Made by a program: the position numbers and the translations under genes | Assembly: GCA_964016885.1 (NCBI GenBank) | Contig: OZ024746.1 | Location: 38,440,001 to 38,504,000, forward strand | DNA: 64,000 nucleotides | Source: Eledone cirrhosa | Lineage: Eukaryota | Reading direction: 5' to 3' | Shown: positions 35,489 to 49,794 of the stretch, piece by piece | Layout of the letters: every line of letters starts with the position of its first letter | How positions within the stretch are numbered: the stretch's first letter is position 1 | Notes under the pieces: model-generated | The model's database searches: none | Seen by the model: the letters and a program-made list of their open reading frames with translations, nothing else | What the model was told of the DNA's origin: nothing

Positions 35489-35765
35489 TCATGTATTTTT
35501 TTGGAAGATTCTAGATGTGAAATCATAAAATTAATATTGTTCTATTTGGTGGTGGTGATGTTGCCTGTATTGACAATATAAAACAACAGACACTGTATTA
35601 TTTTTACTTTTTCATTTTATTTTTATTACTAGTTATTGGTTAGTTCACCGAAGTTCTTTCGTCACACATACTGTGACCTTCTCAAAGATTATCGGTACTG
35701 TCTCATATTCTTCCTGGTCTTAATCTGTTACTCAATCTTATCTTTATTGGCAAAATGAACATCAC

Positions 35766-35821
<56 letters not shown>

Positions 35822-35825
35822 TATA

Positions 35826-36101
35826 TAATGTATAAAAATCAATACAATATAATTACCTCATTACCAGAGGTTTCCCGAATGAGGCGAATACGAAAAAAAC
35901 GTCTTCATTCGTTCGTCAGACGAGGCAATATCTGACGAACGAATGAAGACGTTTCTTTCGTATTCGCCTCATTCGGGAAACCTCTGGTAATGAGGTAATT
36001 ATATTGTATTGATTTTTATACATTAAATTTTGCTCTGGTACTTACATAGAGCACTCTTCATTTCTATGACCTTTTCTGTTTTCAACGGAAATTTCAATAC
36101 C
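35826..36101. mobile_element. Fold-back PLE-like insertion with hammerhead (35926-36006 on +, core mirrored on -)
   Basis: ~95-bp inverted arms around a 10-nt spacer; CUGACGA-A-CGAAUGA..UCAUUCG-G-GAAA-CCUC(UGGUAAU)GAGG-UA; (TA)n on both sides. Confidence 0.78.
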
Positions 36102-36129
36102 TATATATATATATATATATATATATATA

Positions 36130-36443
36130 AGAAAATAAGGGTTTTTCTATTAAAAGAAAAACAACAGAAAAAATACGAGATGTCCTACACGGTGAGAGTA
36201 TAAGGAAAAGAAATCGAAAATGCAAGTGGAGTCTTTTTAAGAATATTTATATATTTCCTTTACCGGTTGCACAGTTCTTATGCTTTCCAAAAGTATAATT
36301 GAGATGGAGGGTTTGTGGTTTGACTCACAAACCTTCCATCTAAATTTTACTTTTGAAAATCATAAGAACTGTGAAACGGGTAAAGGAAATATATAAATAT
36401 TCTTAAAAAGACTCCACTTGCATTTTCGATTTCTTTTCCTTAT
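36130..36443. mobile_element. Fold-back PLE-like insertion with variant hammerheads (36258-36293 on -, 36350-36385 on +)
   Basis: ~120-bp imperfect inverted arms; core reads UUG(A/G)AAA..G(C/A)AA-C(C/G)GG-UA; (TA)n on both sides. Confidence 0.6.
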
Positions 36444-36469
36444 ATATATATATATGTGATGTGTGTGTA

Positions 36470-36519
<50 letters not shown>

Positions 36520-36746
36520 CGTGTGTGTGTGTATGTGTGTGGGTGGGTGCGCGCGTGCGTGTGAGTGTGTGTGTGTGTATGTGTGTCTATGCGCACGCGT
36601 CTATATATAGTAAGTAAATAGAGAAACAAATGGCAGGGATAAAAAGAAATATTGGATAGATTAAATATGAGAGATAGCGAAGAAGAGAGCCATAATAACG
36701 TTGGAGACGCACACGGGTAAATTCACAGACATACAGAGAGAAAGAT

Positions 36747-36792
<46 letters not shown>

Positions 36793-37180
36793 TCATCCAA
36801 ATATATGGGTGTTTGTGAGTGTGTGTGTTAACGTGTATGTGTGTGTGTATGTGAGTGTATATACGTATGAAAGTATGTATATCGGAGTGTCACACGGTGT
36901 AAAATAATGATAGGATTGAAAGTAAATATCAGTTACATAAAAAAAAACGCGGTGTGAGAAAGAAAGAAGAGAAACGAAAAACGAAAGAAAAATGAAAAGA
37001 ATGAACAAAATAAAAAATTGAATGGATTAGAAAGAAAGGTTGATAAAACAAAATGTGGGAGAAAGATATATAGAAAGTGTTGAATCAATATTAGGCAGAT
37101 ACAAAAGAGAAATAGCTAAAGGTGTGGGGGAGTAGAGAAAGAAAAAGGAAAAGAATGAATTCACAAACACTAGAAATAAT

Positions 37181-37367
37181 TGTTTCTACTATTGGCACAA
37201 GGCCAGCAATTACCCAGTACATTACTGGTACTTTATTTTATCGACCTCGTAAGGATGAAAGGCAAAGTTAACCTCGGCGGGATTTGAACTCAGAATGACA
37301 AGGGCCGTAATTCTATGCGTCAAACATGGCGTCCGACCCTCTACCAATACTGCCAATCCACCGCCTT
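37181..37367 (-). mobile_element. Full-length tRNA-derived SINE
   Basis: A and B boxes, core; TSD actagaaataat at 37169-37180 and 37368-37379. Confidence 0.92.
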
Positions 37368-40300
37368 ACTAGAAATAATGAACGAAAGAAACGAAGAAAT
37401 ACGTTCTTTTGTAAGTTCGGAGACATAACATTGAAGATATAGAAAGATAGATAAACGAGCTTCTTAAGCCAAAGAGATATTTCAGATATGATAGCTGGAT
37501 GGCTTTTTCTGAATGTCGACACACTTTATTTATAAAGATAAGTAAGGCTGACATTAATATATGACAGGTATTTTGCCATCGACCATGATATCTCCATTCA
37601 CATGCTTCGGGTAACTCTTACGCAAATTGAAGTTCTATTTTATTATTCCATATGGTTGATATAATAAATGAATACTTGTTAGGTCAAGTACTTTCAAACA
37701 CCTAGGTTGAATCAATGACCTGTTCTCTCACCACGCCCTCTACTACCACACCAAATTTGGAAACCTGGATTCAGCTACCATATGTCAAGCTAGATTTTAA
37801 TTTCAATATTACGTGTAGCCAGTTGATGTGCTGTAAATAGTAGATACTTTTGCGTTTGTGTGTGTGAGTTTTAATATTTGATCTCGAATACTGGAAGGTA
37901 TAGAGTATTATAAAGAATTGCATCCAATTTTTCCCTCTATTTAGACAGAAATAACTTTGATTAATCTTTTCGGAAGCCAGTATATATAAGTCGTAGCCTT
38001 TGAAATTAAATATGTTGCAATATATAGAATTTATCCGATTCTATACGGAAGAAAGTATTGTGGTGATGGCAATATCTTTTGTTCCATATTATCATATTCC
38101 CATCTAGGCCAACATTTAGTAAGAGATCTTCGAGAAAGCTTTGTATTTATATAATAACTTAACGATTTCTCTGAGATCCTCAGAATGTAGACATGTAGCC
38201 TTATTATTACTGAATGGGTAAAAGTAAATGCTAATCTAAAGTCAAAGACTTCGGCCATATTTCATATAGGGAAATCATATAATGAAGTGACTAGTCTAGC
38301 ATATTATTCACGCATATTATCCCCCTGCAGTTATTCAATAAATGGAAAATCATATCATGGACGTAGATTTCCTTCTTGTCTTTTTCTAAGTTCATATTAT
38401 ATTTTAGGTTGAATTGCTAATACATTACATATGCTGATATCCACATACTTACTCATCTGCTGTCTATTACTAGTTTATCTGTAAGTGAACGGCTCAATTT
38501 ATTAAAATCCCGTCGTGCATTCAAGTATAGTGTATCAGGAGCTAACATTATCGAAAGTGTCATTTTTTTTAAAGATCGTAGTTTGCCATTTCGTCACTTT
38601 TATTGTACCTAAATGAGCTTCCTCCACCTGCTAGAAGAAAGCAGCCAAACTGTCATCATACCATTCATTGAGGATTTTAGTTTGGATAATTGTTCTGGAC
38701 ACATTATCTAAAGCTAAGAAGGAAAAATCATGGATGAAACGCTTTGAACATAGGTTTACACAATGAGAATGTGCCTGAAGCAAAACAACTTCAACTAGGT
38801 TTATGCATTATTTATTAAATGTCTCCTGGTTCAGTTACTGAAATAAATAAAGTTGCTATTTCTGTTCTTGTCGAATATAATATTTTACTTTAGTTTATAA
38901 ACGTTTCCTTAATTAAGTATGCTAACACGATCTAACTTATTATTCATACTTAGTTGAGTTATTTCGGAATAATGAAAAGCAAAGTTGATTCTTGATAAAT
39001 TTAAACTCTGATGTCAATATTTCCATCACTTCCCAATGACTTTTATAATGAATTTCTTATGAGACAGGGCTATTTTTATGACCAAGTAAATAACTAACAT
39101 TTAACACCATCAGTTCAATAATTTTAATTAATCAAGACAATTGAAGTCTTGTCAAGTAGAAGTAATTATTGTTGACCAATGCTTAATTAAAACGAAAGTA
39201 AACAGGGTTAGCAAAAAGCGTCTGGTGAAAAGCCTTATGCTACACGTACCTGTTCTTCGCCTTCTTAGTTAAAACCCCACTGACGTCAATATTTGTTAAT
39301 GATTGTAATTATTTACCGGTAAGTTAGTAATGGATGAACATAAAACTTTTCGGGGCTTCGTAGTCTGATGGGAGGAATGAAAGAAATTATCCTAAAAACC
39401 GAAGAACTATCTTAACTGCTTTAATTTGCACCGCAAAAATCAACGGATGTCCAGTTGGTGAGAGAAAGGTTTAAGTACAGTCACTATGAATACAAGCAAA
39501 AATATTACATAATACCTCAAGGTACCTAACAATTCATCTAATAAAACACCCTGATGGGATATCAGTTTGGAGTCCAGAGATCGGGTACAACTGCAAGAGG
39601 ATGTTTAAATAATTCTAACAATTCACTGCTGGTTGAGAATTCGCCTGCTGATTGAACAAACCAAAGGCGACTGCGTCTAAGCAATAACTTTACTCCCTTA
39701 TTTTTGTACAATTTTTACTCAAATTGTGTCATTTAGTTTTTTTAAATGTTACGTGTAGTTTGGTAGAAATGTGCTTGCTCTTTCTAGCAAGTGGAGTGAC
39801 ATTTTATAATGACTTGAATATTGTCGAACTGGTGATTGTATATTTGCTAAAGCAGAAAAATAGAACTGTATATAAATTAACTGATTCTAGAACATATTCT
39901 CGATGATATAACATCAGAGAAGAAATAGCAATAGAAAACGTTTGCTGAAACCTCACACTAACACCCTGCAAAAAATTCCTACGTTGGATAATTTAGTACT
40001 AGATACACAGTGCCTGGAACTATGCCATGATAGTCGTGGTTAGAACGCATTTGTTATGTATGTTGCATTAGGGATGACATGGGGTTAGAACACCGACAAT
40101 AGAAAGTAACTGGACATCAGCATATTTAATGCATTTCACAATAAATATTCCATCTAGTATAAAATATACATTAAGAATAGCGAGATATTTATGTCTAACA
40201 TCATTGTTTAACATTTATCGAGCAATCTACAGGGGACTACTAAGTGTGAATAATATGCTGAAGCCGTTATTTGGCCTTAGAATGACATTTGATTTTATCC

Positions 40301-41079
40301 ACTCAGGACTAATAAAGTTAGTGTCTACATTCTGGAATGTCGGAAAAATCATTAAGTCATTATATATTTACAAAGGTTTCTTACAATATGTAGGCCGACA
40401 TGGAAATATGATAATATGAAATTATAAATATAGTCGTCACAGTTATTATTCCGTATAGAATCATATATATTGCAATTTCAAACGCTCAAAATTATACATG
40501 TTGTCTTCTGAAAAAGGTTAATCAAAGTTTTCCTTTTCACTTTTTGATTTTTTAGTTGTAAGGTACGACATAAAATGCAGCGTTACAGCAGCATCATTTG
40601 CAGATAACCGTCTTACATGAATAACTATGTTATATAAAAGCTGCCTAGTTTTCTGGGGAAAATTATGGGTCGGTGTGGGCATTTTTTAAGATTTGTTGCT
40701 GTACAGCTACGAGGGAACTAGTTTGGAGGCTTATAGTGTTGAGTTTTGTTGTGCGCTGGATGCAGAGGTTCATGTCTAAGTGTATGATTTCAGTCATATG
40801 CTTAGCTGAGTGAGAGGTAAAGCACATGTTGTTCAGGAATGGTTGACATGAAACTGGTCAAAGTTCGCCCAATAGACTGACTTTAAGCGGTGAATTGTTA
40901 CTCAAGGTCTAACTCTATAGTCCTTCTAAGTATATGCGCCTCTTTTTATAGCGTTTTGAACCTCTGAAACTATTATTAATTCTTCAATTATATGTCCTCC
41001 AAAAACGTCGACCTTGGTGACTTCAAAGTCCACACCTGACTGTGTCTATTACACTCAACACGCACGGGTGTCACTGGTG

Positions 41080-41190
41080 CAGAAATAGAATATTTCGAAA
41101 TGGTGAACATGTTGCACCAACCTATTTCATGATTGACCGACACACGAACAATCTAATCACCCTCTGTTTCTATCTCACAACAAAACCTAC
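41080..41190 (+). pseudogene. Possible mariner transposase remnant
   Basis: LHQPIS...SNHPLFLSH loosely resembles the mariner HPPYSPDLAPSDYHLFLSL motif. Confidence 0.3.
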
Positions 41191-42170
41191 AACCTACTCG
41201 TTGATGTCTATCTATGTCCCCATCGGATCGCCTGAACACTGACTTGTCGTGATTCCCCAAAACGTGAATAAATACTGATCAATGCTAGCTCCTTGTATAA
41301 ATAGAAATACATGTGCGCTACTCTGCAATGTGCATTATTTCTAGAATTCCAGATGAAATATTTAAAATAGAATCCAAAGTATTTTCTATAAGCAATCTAT
41401 CATCTTGCTACAATTAATATTGAAAGTAAATTATCACCACGAGTGTAGCTATGGTGGCATATAAATGTTAATGAAATAATGATATCATAAATGTGGGTGG
41501 GAGTGAGAGGAAACATGTATGAAATACTTGGCTCTCACCACCAACCCTACTTATACTGATTACCTTTATCACCCTGGCGGAATGATGAATGACAACGTCA
41601 ATTTGCACAGAATTTGACCTGAGCGTGTAAATGGACATGAAATGGTCGACGACACAATAGCTGCAATACATTAGTGTCAGTCGAACCGCTGGTACACCTT
41701 ACTTATCTTTACAAGTAAGGAGGGTCGATATTCAGAAAAGCCATCTAGCTATCTGATCTGAAATATCTCTTTGGATCTAAAACTTTGTTCATCTATCTTT
41801 CTATATTTTCAATGTTACGTCTTCTAACCTCCTAAATAAAATCTTTCATCGTTTCTTTCGTCCGTTATTTCTTTTGCTTGCTCTTTCATTCTTTCCATTT
41901 TGCTTTGTCCCCTAACTACCACCACTACATTTAGCTATTTGTCCTTTGTATCTGTCTGCTAGTGATTCAAATCTTTCTATGTATCTTACTCTCAATCTTT
42001 GTATTATCATCATTATTTCTGATCCATTCAGTTATTCGTTTGCTTCTTTCATTGTAACTTTTCCTTTCTTTCTTTCATCTCCTTTTTCTATACTTCTTCC
42101 TTTTAATTTCAATACTGTCATTAATTCACATTGCTTGATACATACATATTGGCATCTGCATACATACATA

Positions 42171-42217
<47 letters not shown>

Positions 42218-42831
42218 ACACACACACACACACAAATATATATATATATATATCGTTTGAGAAATATACCAGGGGCATCCTTTCTTGAAATAAGCATTAG
42301 TAAAGTTTTGCAGAACAAATATAGAAGTGTTCAAGTGTTCAGGTTTAACAAATATATTCAATGTTCCCAAATCCTATGTAAGAGTGTAAGAATGACCTAA
42401 CAGTATTAAGAGGCCCTTATAGTGTTATTATTTGGAAGCTATTTGTAAGTGTATATAATAAGCTTTATGTCTTTTAAGAAATGGCTGTGTATCATTCCAA
42501 TAGGGCTTATGAATGGATTTATATAGACACATTTCCTCACTGCCACACTCTATTTTGGTTAAATAGCAAGGGTGTTACCATCACGATACACCCAGCTCCT
42601 TTATACACTGCATTTGTTGCATTCAGCCTTACAATGTTGATAATGAATACGCTCCTTTCATGCTTTTCGTGGAGAGTTTTGTCAGACTTATTATCTTGTA
42701 CTCTGTACAACGTTACCAGATTATAACATTTCCAACTAGCAGTTAATTGATTACGACATTAGATAAAAATGAAAATATTGCAATGGAATTACAAACACAC
42801 ACATACATACATACACACATACATACATACA

Positions 42832-42909
<78 letters not shown>

Positions 42910-42913
<4 letters not shown>

Positions 42914-43137
42914 AACGAGTAGGATCCCGACGGCTGAGCTCAAGCCGTTTCGACGGCTAATTCTGGACTAAATGAACATTTTTATCCTGGTATCGGATAA
43001 AAATTTTCATTTAGTCCAGAATTAGCCGTCGAAACGGCTTGGGCTCAGCCGTAGGGGTCCTATACGTTACTATTACCCTAAGTATTGAGTACTTTGGTGC
43101 GTTATGGTCCACCTGGTTCCTTACCACATTTCCTTCG

Positions 43138-43140
<3 letters not shown>
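42910..43140. mobile_element. Fold-back PLE-like insertion carrying hammerhead 3' halves; same family as 60898-61100
   Basis: ~75-bp inverted arms; GAAA-CGGCU(UGGGCUC)AGCCG-UA-GGGGUCCU; (TA)n on both sides. Confidence 0.68.
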
Positions 43141-43198
<58 letters not shown>

Positions 43199-43347
43199 TA
43201 AAAGAATAGAGGTGTAACACTCAAGTTATGATATATTGGTAAACGGGAAAGAAAATGTTGACAGATTGTTCACAGTGAAAAATAGTTTAATTAGTAATAA
43301 GTGAGAATTAGTAATAGTATTGGTTAGTATTCAGTTTTGGTTTTAAG

Positions 43348-43383
43348 TTTTACCGGTTGCGCATTTCTAATGCTTTTCAAAAA
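43348..43383 (-). ncRNA. Variant minimal hammerhead (U3-A8, C13)
   Basis: UUU-UUGAAAA-GCAU(UAGAA)AUGC-GCAA-CCGG-UA-AAA; homologous to the motif at 36258-36293. Confidence 0.5.
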
Positions 43384-43419
43384 TAATTTTGAGATAGAGC
43401 GTCCGTGATGTTTGCTCTA

Positions 43420-43523
<104 letters not shown>

Positions 43524-43775
43524 GAGAGGTATAGAGATTGTTTTAGCGAGAAGTTAACAGCATTCTATAACATATATGCGACTATAACGTCAAGATGGGA
43601 AAAGTAGTTAATGTAAGATTTAGGAAAAATAATTCAAACTCATCTCAAAAGAGAATCAGGATACAAATTCATCCACAGAATTTAGTGCAATCCAGGGAAA
43701 AATCGATAGACCTTTAACTCATGATAAAATAAAGTTTAAAACACTTATCCTTCAATTTGGAATAACATCAAATGC

Positions 43776-43852
43776 TCTGTATAGTCTTAAAAGATTATTT
43801 CATGAAAACTTTCAGTGGAGATGGTCACGGTTGGATTTCATTCATCAGCAGA
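43776..43852 (-). ncRNA. Type I hammerhead ribozyme motif
   Basis: UCUG-CUGAUGA-AUGAAA(28 nt)UUUCAU-GAAA-UAAUCUU(UU)AAGACUA-UA-CAGA. Confidence 0.8.
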
Positions 43853-45717
43853 TCTCAACAGAAAACCAGGGCTCTCACAGTTTTATAATCCGAAAATATA
43901 TATATATTGTTATACTTGGAGAGGGTCGTATTGTTGTAATACATATTGCCAGAAATAATAACAGAATACACTCACTGTTTGGTTGGTTTTCGCTTCTGTA
44001 TCTTTTATATCTCCATAGTTAATTTATTTGGCAATCAAATGCTCCGTCTACAATTCACATAGCTGGTAAGTTGATGTGATATTCAATTTGTTTCCTACCT
44101 TTAACATAAAATTTTAAAATAATATGTAGCCGACGTTAAAGATCCTGGTGAGTAACATTCTCTACTACTTGTAGTCTAATGTACCAATGCATTGTCTACA
44201 TTGTCTATAGGCTTTAGTTCCATAATGTAAGTATTATTGCAATAGATGTGAAGCAGCGTCAGAAAATGGTAGGAGAAAGTGACTGTAATATCATCTGTTA
44301 TGAGGCTGTTTTGTGAGATTGTACAAGTAATGGGAGATCGTGTAGGTTTTGAGTACAGAGTTGAATTCGTAAAACAGGATCTAAAGCTTTGTGGATATTT
44401 GTGTTTGTTAAAGGGTTACTTGTCTTAAGGGATTTTGATCTCGAAGGCATCGTGTGTTTTGTTTAGGATTTTGAGTGGTGTGATAATTGAGTGTGGCGAT
44501 GTGAATCTGCCTTACGTAAAAAGGGGTATGTGTGGCCTAGTTATATCATGGATTAGCCATCCTAGAATATGTGAGGCTATGCATATGAAGGTGATGTGTC
44601 TCTATAATATTAATTCACTTTGGATATGTTAAGTTTTGGAATTTTTATAAACATACCCAACTTGCAGGTTCTAGGAATCTGTCAGTATTGGTACAAGTAA
44701 TTGTAGATGAGTACAACAATTCCTTAAGACACTAGATGGTTTAGCAGTATGGTTGGGACCATTTTCTAATCCTGGTGCTCTTATTTGTTTATTTTCTTGT
44801 TGTTTTCCAGGGCCACTGAGAGAGGAAATCCGCTGAAAATCTTGGTCAAGTTCGCATTTTGTTGAATGTAAGTACTGCAGTATCTATGTTTGTTATTGTG
44901 ATGATGTTTAGTTCTGAAAACCTTCAATTTTTTTCTTGGTAGAACTCATTGACTTGTTCGCTTTTCAGGTTTGTAAATAATCTTTTGCTTTCATCAATGA
45001 CGTACAAGTCTTTGGGGATGACGATTGATATGTTATCTTATAAAAGGTGGCGAATAATGTGCCAAGTGATTATTCTATCCAGATGTGTTGTACACAATAC
45101 GGTGTCTGGGGAAGTAAAGGTGATGTAGTTCGTTTGGTGAGGTAAGTGGTTGTGTTAGAATGGAGTGTTTAGGATGTAAAATGGGTTTAGGTCTGATGCT
45201 ATAATTTTATAATTTATTTATTTGTGTCATTTTTAAAGCAGAAGCTGTTACAAGCTGTCTTGGGAATATGGGGTTTGTGGAACATTTGCGGATTTGCATG
45301 ATGGTTTATATATATATTTATATATAAAGAAAGAATTAAGGTTATGAATTTACATTTACTCCTTTATTTCTACGTTAGTTTCAGTACGGTTATAACGGAT
45401 ATGCATTTGCAGATCAACTGGAAATAATTAGTTAACAATTAATTACACCATACACATTACCTATAATTCCAATATCCACAGGAAATTTCAAAGAATAAAA
45501 ATAGGCTTTAACAAACTCACGAGGATTCAAGAACAAAAAAGAACAACATCAAAAACATTTAGCGTACAGCAAGTAGTTCGATTAAAAGGCAGGTTATGCA
45601 GATAGAATTTGAAATATATTTGGTGACTTTTTAGGAGTGGAAACTTATCTAATAAGCAGGTTTAAGTGCCGTTTATTTATTTTGAATTTTGTTATTCTCC
45701 GTTATTATTTTCCGTTA

Positions 45718-46105
45718 GGGCGGTGGATTGGCAGTATCGGTAGAGGGTCGGATGCCATGCTTTCCAGCATAGTTACGTCCCTTTACGATCTGAGTTCAAA
45801 TCCCGCCGAAGTTGACTTTGCCTTTCATCCTTACGGGGTCGATAAAATAAAGTACCAGTAATGCACTGGGTAATTGCTGGACTTGTGCCAAAAAGTAGAA
45901 ACAATTAGTTTCCGTTAGGGTGGTGAATTGGCAGCATCTGTAGAGAGTCGGACGTCATGCTTTGCAGCAAAGTGTTACGGCCCTTTATGATCTGAGTTCA
46001 AATCCCGCCGAGGTTAACTTTGCCTTTCATCCTTACGAGGTCGATAAAATAAAGTACCAGTAATACACTGGGTAATTTGCTGGTCTTGTGCCAAAAGTAG
46101 AAACA
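45718..46105 (+). mobile_element. Two full-length SINEs in tandem
   Basis: Each has A and B boxes and core; outer TSD gttattattttccgtta (45701-45717 and 46106-46122); inner tttccgtta at 45909-45917. Confidence 0.92.
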
Positions 46106-46880
46106 GTTATTATTTTCCGTTATATAGGTGGAATAGTTTGTAAATTAATTTGTAAGAAATGTTTATAAAAAGCAGTGGTAGGCACGAATATATTATTGAG
46201 GTAAAGGTTCGACCGCGAGCCCAAGCTCCTTCATATATATATATATATATATATGCGTGTGTGTGTTTGTGTGTGTTTATATATATATATACATACAATT
46301 ATTATTATTGCATTAATGTATTTTAGTGTATTGTAGCTTTCTAACTGTTTCACAATTCCATTCGAGGTTGATTATATGCAACATCCAATAATCTATAGGT
46401 ACTATGTGACTAGCTTGTTGAGAAATGTTTCTAGTCGGATTTCAGTGTTATTGAGATGTTGTGTGTTTTGTTTTCCTGTTAGTAATAACCTTTCCTGGAG
46501 TGTTGCTAGATGATAAATATAGGCCTATGTAACAAAGAAAAACTTCTTATTATATCTGAGACCACTAATATAAAACCGCTCCAAAACATTACTCCCACCT
46601 TTCAAAGCATAAGCAAACACTTAAATTCTTGTTCCCTAGTACTGTATTTAATAATATACTACTATTCCCTCCACCAAAGGATATTTTCCGTGAGAAGAAA
46701 TCAATAATACTGAAGATTTAAGGAATGAAGCAATTAGCTAGGTAGTCGTTTCCTAATCAAAATAATTATATATGATTTGTGTCGAACTCAAACTGTAGTG
46801 TTCTTGTAGTTGATGATACTAATCTGTAGCCCAAAATTAATTCTAATCTAACACGTAGTAGATCAACCAAATATGCTCGG

Positions 46881-46923
<43 letters not shown>

Positions 46924-46988
46924 TCTCTCTCTATATATATATATATAGTAGATCAACCAAATATGCTCGGCATATTCTCTCTCTCTCG

Positions 46989-47099
<111 letters not shown>

Positions 47100-47490
47100 A
47101 AATAACAGATTAAAGTTTAAACAAAGAATCGCTGCTTTCACCCTTTTTGTTATACTTGGGGAGGGTCATATTGTTGTAATAATATTGCCAGAAATAATAA
47201 CAGAACACACTTATTGTTTGGTTGGTATAGTCTAACAAAGTTCTTTCGTTGCACATCTGCAACATTATCAGTGGTACTATTATGTTCCTCCTGTTGTATT
47301 GTATGTCTACGCCATTTTTATTTTATCATGATGCTATTAAATTGAGGTTAATTCTTTGATTCTCCAAAATACGTTAATTATAACTCTTCGTTAGCCTTAT
47401 GTTAGACTTGATTGGGAACGAGTATGATCAAAGTCGTTTTGACCATATCCATCCTGTATTTTTGCAGATAAAGTACAAAAAAGAAGCATT

Positions 47491-47598
47491 ATCCCGCCGA
47501 GGTTGACTTTGCCTTTCATCCTTACGGGGTCGATAAAATAAAGTACCAGTAATTCACTGGGTAATTGCTGGCCTTGTACCTAAAGTAGAAACAATTAT
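47491..47598 (+). mobile_element. 5'-truncated SINE
   Basis: SINE core and 3' end. Confidence 0.88.
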
Positions 47599-49319
47599 TT
47601 CAATAGTAATCCTGCTGTTGATCACTGTCTCTGAGAAGGTAGAGTGAAAACGACTTAAAGAAAACCTATTTCAATACTGTCCGTTACGTTATCTAATGTT
47701 TCTTTGAAAATAGAGATATTTGAGACCCAGACTTAGCTGTCTCCCACTGGCAGTACTTAAAATTAGACACTTTACAGTGTTACAGAACTTCCAGCCTTGA
47801 CTCCGAAACGCTAGGTTATTTTGGGGCCTGTGTTGAGATGGGAGGAGTAATGGGGCACAAAGCTAGCAACCTTACTTCCGTAAATCAAAACTACAACAGG
47901 AACGATTAGTAGATATCTGGCCTGAAAGCAGTCCCGTAACTAGGCTTGCATATATCTTGGGTGGGCGTCACTCGTCAACCACTGCCCCAATGAACTAAAG
48001 AAGAAAATTTATATCGATATGTTCTACGATAGTAGGCTGTAATTTGAAATAGCTTTAATATAATATCTGCCATGCCAAGAAACCACATACAGACTCATGA
48101 ATTGCCTCATAATTTATCATATGAAATATGCTGTATAAGATTGTGTGAAAGGATTTTGTTGTCCAGTAAATATAATTCAATCAGGGATTGCGTGTAAGGA
48201 TTTGAGATCTTAGGATGGTGATGTAATTCATGCTGTAGGTTTTGTTGCTTAACTATTGATCACCTTTCACAGATGATGCTTATGTTCAAATGCATTTCAG
48301 CTGTGAACAACCCCTCTCTTCTGTCGAAACATGGTGCATCTCAGATATCATTATCCTAAGCGTCTTTTCCTTTTTATGAGAGTGGTGTACTATTCTTAGC
48401 AAATAAGGGTACCTCAAAGCAGTTTTCATAAAAGTTGTCTTAGAATTTTGAATGATTCTAAGCAAGGTATATTGTTTTATTTCTAAGCAAGGTATGGTAT
48501 TTGAAGTACTTTTTCGGGGGTGCTAGGAGGTAATTACATTCCTAATTATAGATAGTTCAATAGTTGAACTGTGCTATAACTACAAACGGTGATCATCTGT
48601 AGAGTTACTATTATACGAGATACATTTTACCCTGAATAAAATGCTAGTCTATTGCAGAGAGTTAAGTATTCCAGTGGGAATAACTGAAATGACAGCAAAA
48701 AGCCAACAACAGACAACTCATCAATTCCAGTTTTGCCAGTTATTCAACATGGAAAAAATGTAGCACCGGTGATATGACATGAACCAGTATGTCTTAAATG
48801 TTTGTCTAATAAAAGTATCAAATCAGCGGTGCACAGCTCCCGTAAGATTTGAAAGATGAGATAGATGTAGAATAGTGAGTGAAAGATGGTGAGAAAAAGA
48901 GAGAAATGAAGAGAGTAAAGATACAAGAGATAATGCGTTAGAAAATTGGGAAAGTAGATACACACAAAAAGGGGGAGCAATGGTAAATAAAGAGAAAGAC
49001 TTTCAGACTGACAGACAGAAAGACAGTCAGTTATATTGACATACTGGCAAGCAGACAGACAGGCAGGCTGACGAATTTGTGAAGCGATGCAGCAAAGAAT
49101 AAAGAGATTCACTGAAAGATATGAGAAAAGAAGAAGGATGGGAAGATGGAAGATAACGTGTTTTTAGAAATTACGAAGAGACAAAATGAAGTGTGAGTGA
49201 AAGTAACAGAAGACGAAAACCTGACTGATAAGGAAGGAGAGAAAGAAAAAAGAAGAGAGACTTTAAGACAGAGGCTAACCGAGAGGGATATTGAGACAGA
49301 AAGTATGTGAGATTGTAAG

Positions 49320-49389
<70 letters not shown>

Positions 49390-49418
49390 AATGTATATGT
49401 ATATATATATATATATAC

Positions 49419-49449
<31 letters not shown>

Positions 49450-49450
49450 C

Positions 49451-49516
<66 letters not shown>

Positions 49517-49762
49517 TTACATATATACACATATATATACATATATATACACATATTTATATATATACATATATACACACATATATATATATACATATAT
49601 ATATACATATATACACACATATATATACACACATATATATACATATATACACACACATATATATATACACATATATATATACATATATACACACACATAT
49701 ATATATACATATATACGCATATATATATAATAAATATATATACACATATATATATATACACT

Positions 49763-49794
<32 letters not shown>

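Noticed and set aside
38155-38188. Minus-strand CUGAGGA-UCUCAGA-GAAA-UCGUU
   Set aside because: Stem II is only 2 bp and stem I does not pair; compatible with chance.
45718-45800. tRNA gene call for A/B box sequences
   Set aside because: These are SINE heads with no cloverleaf.
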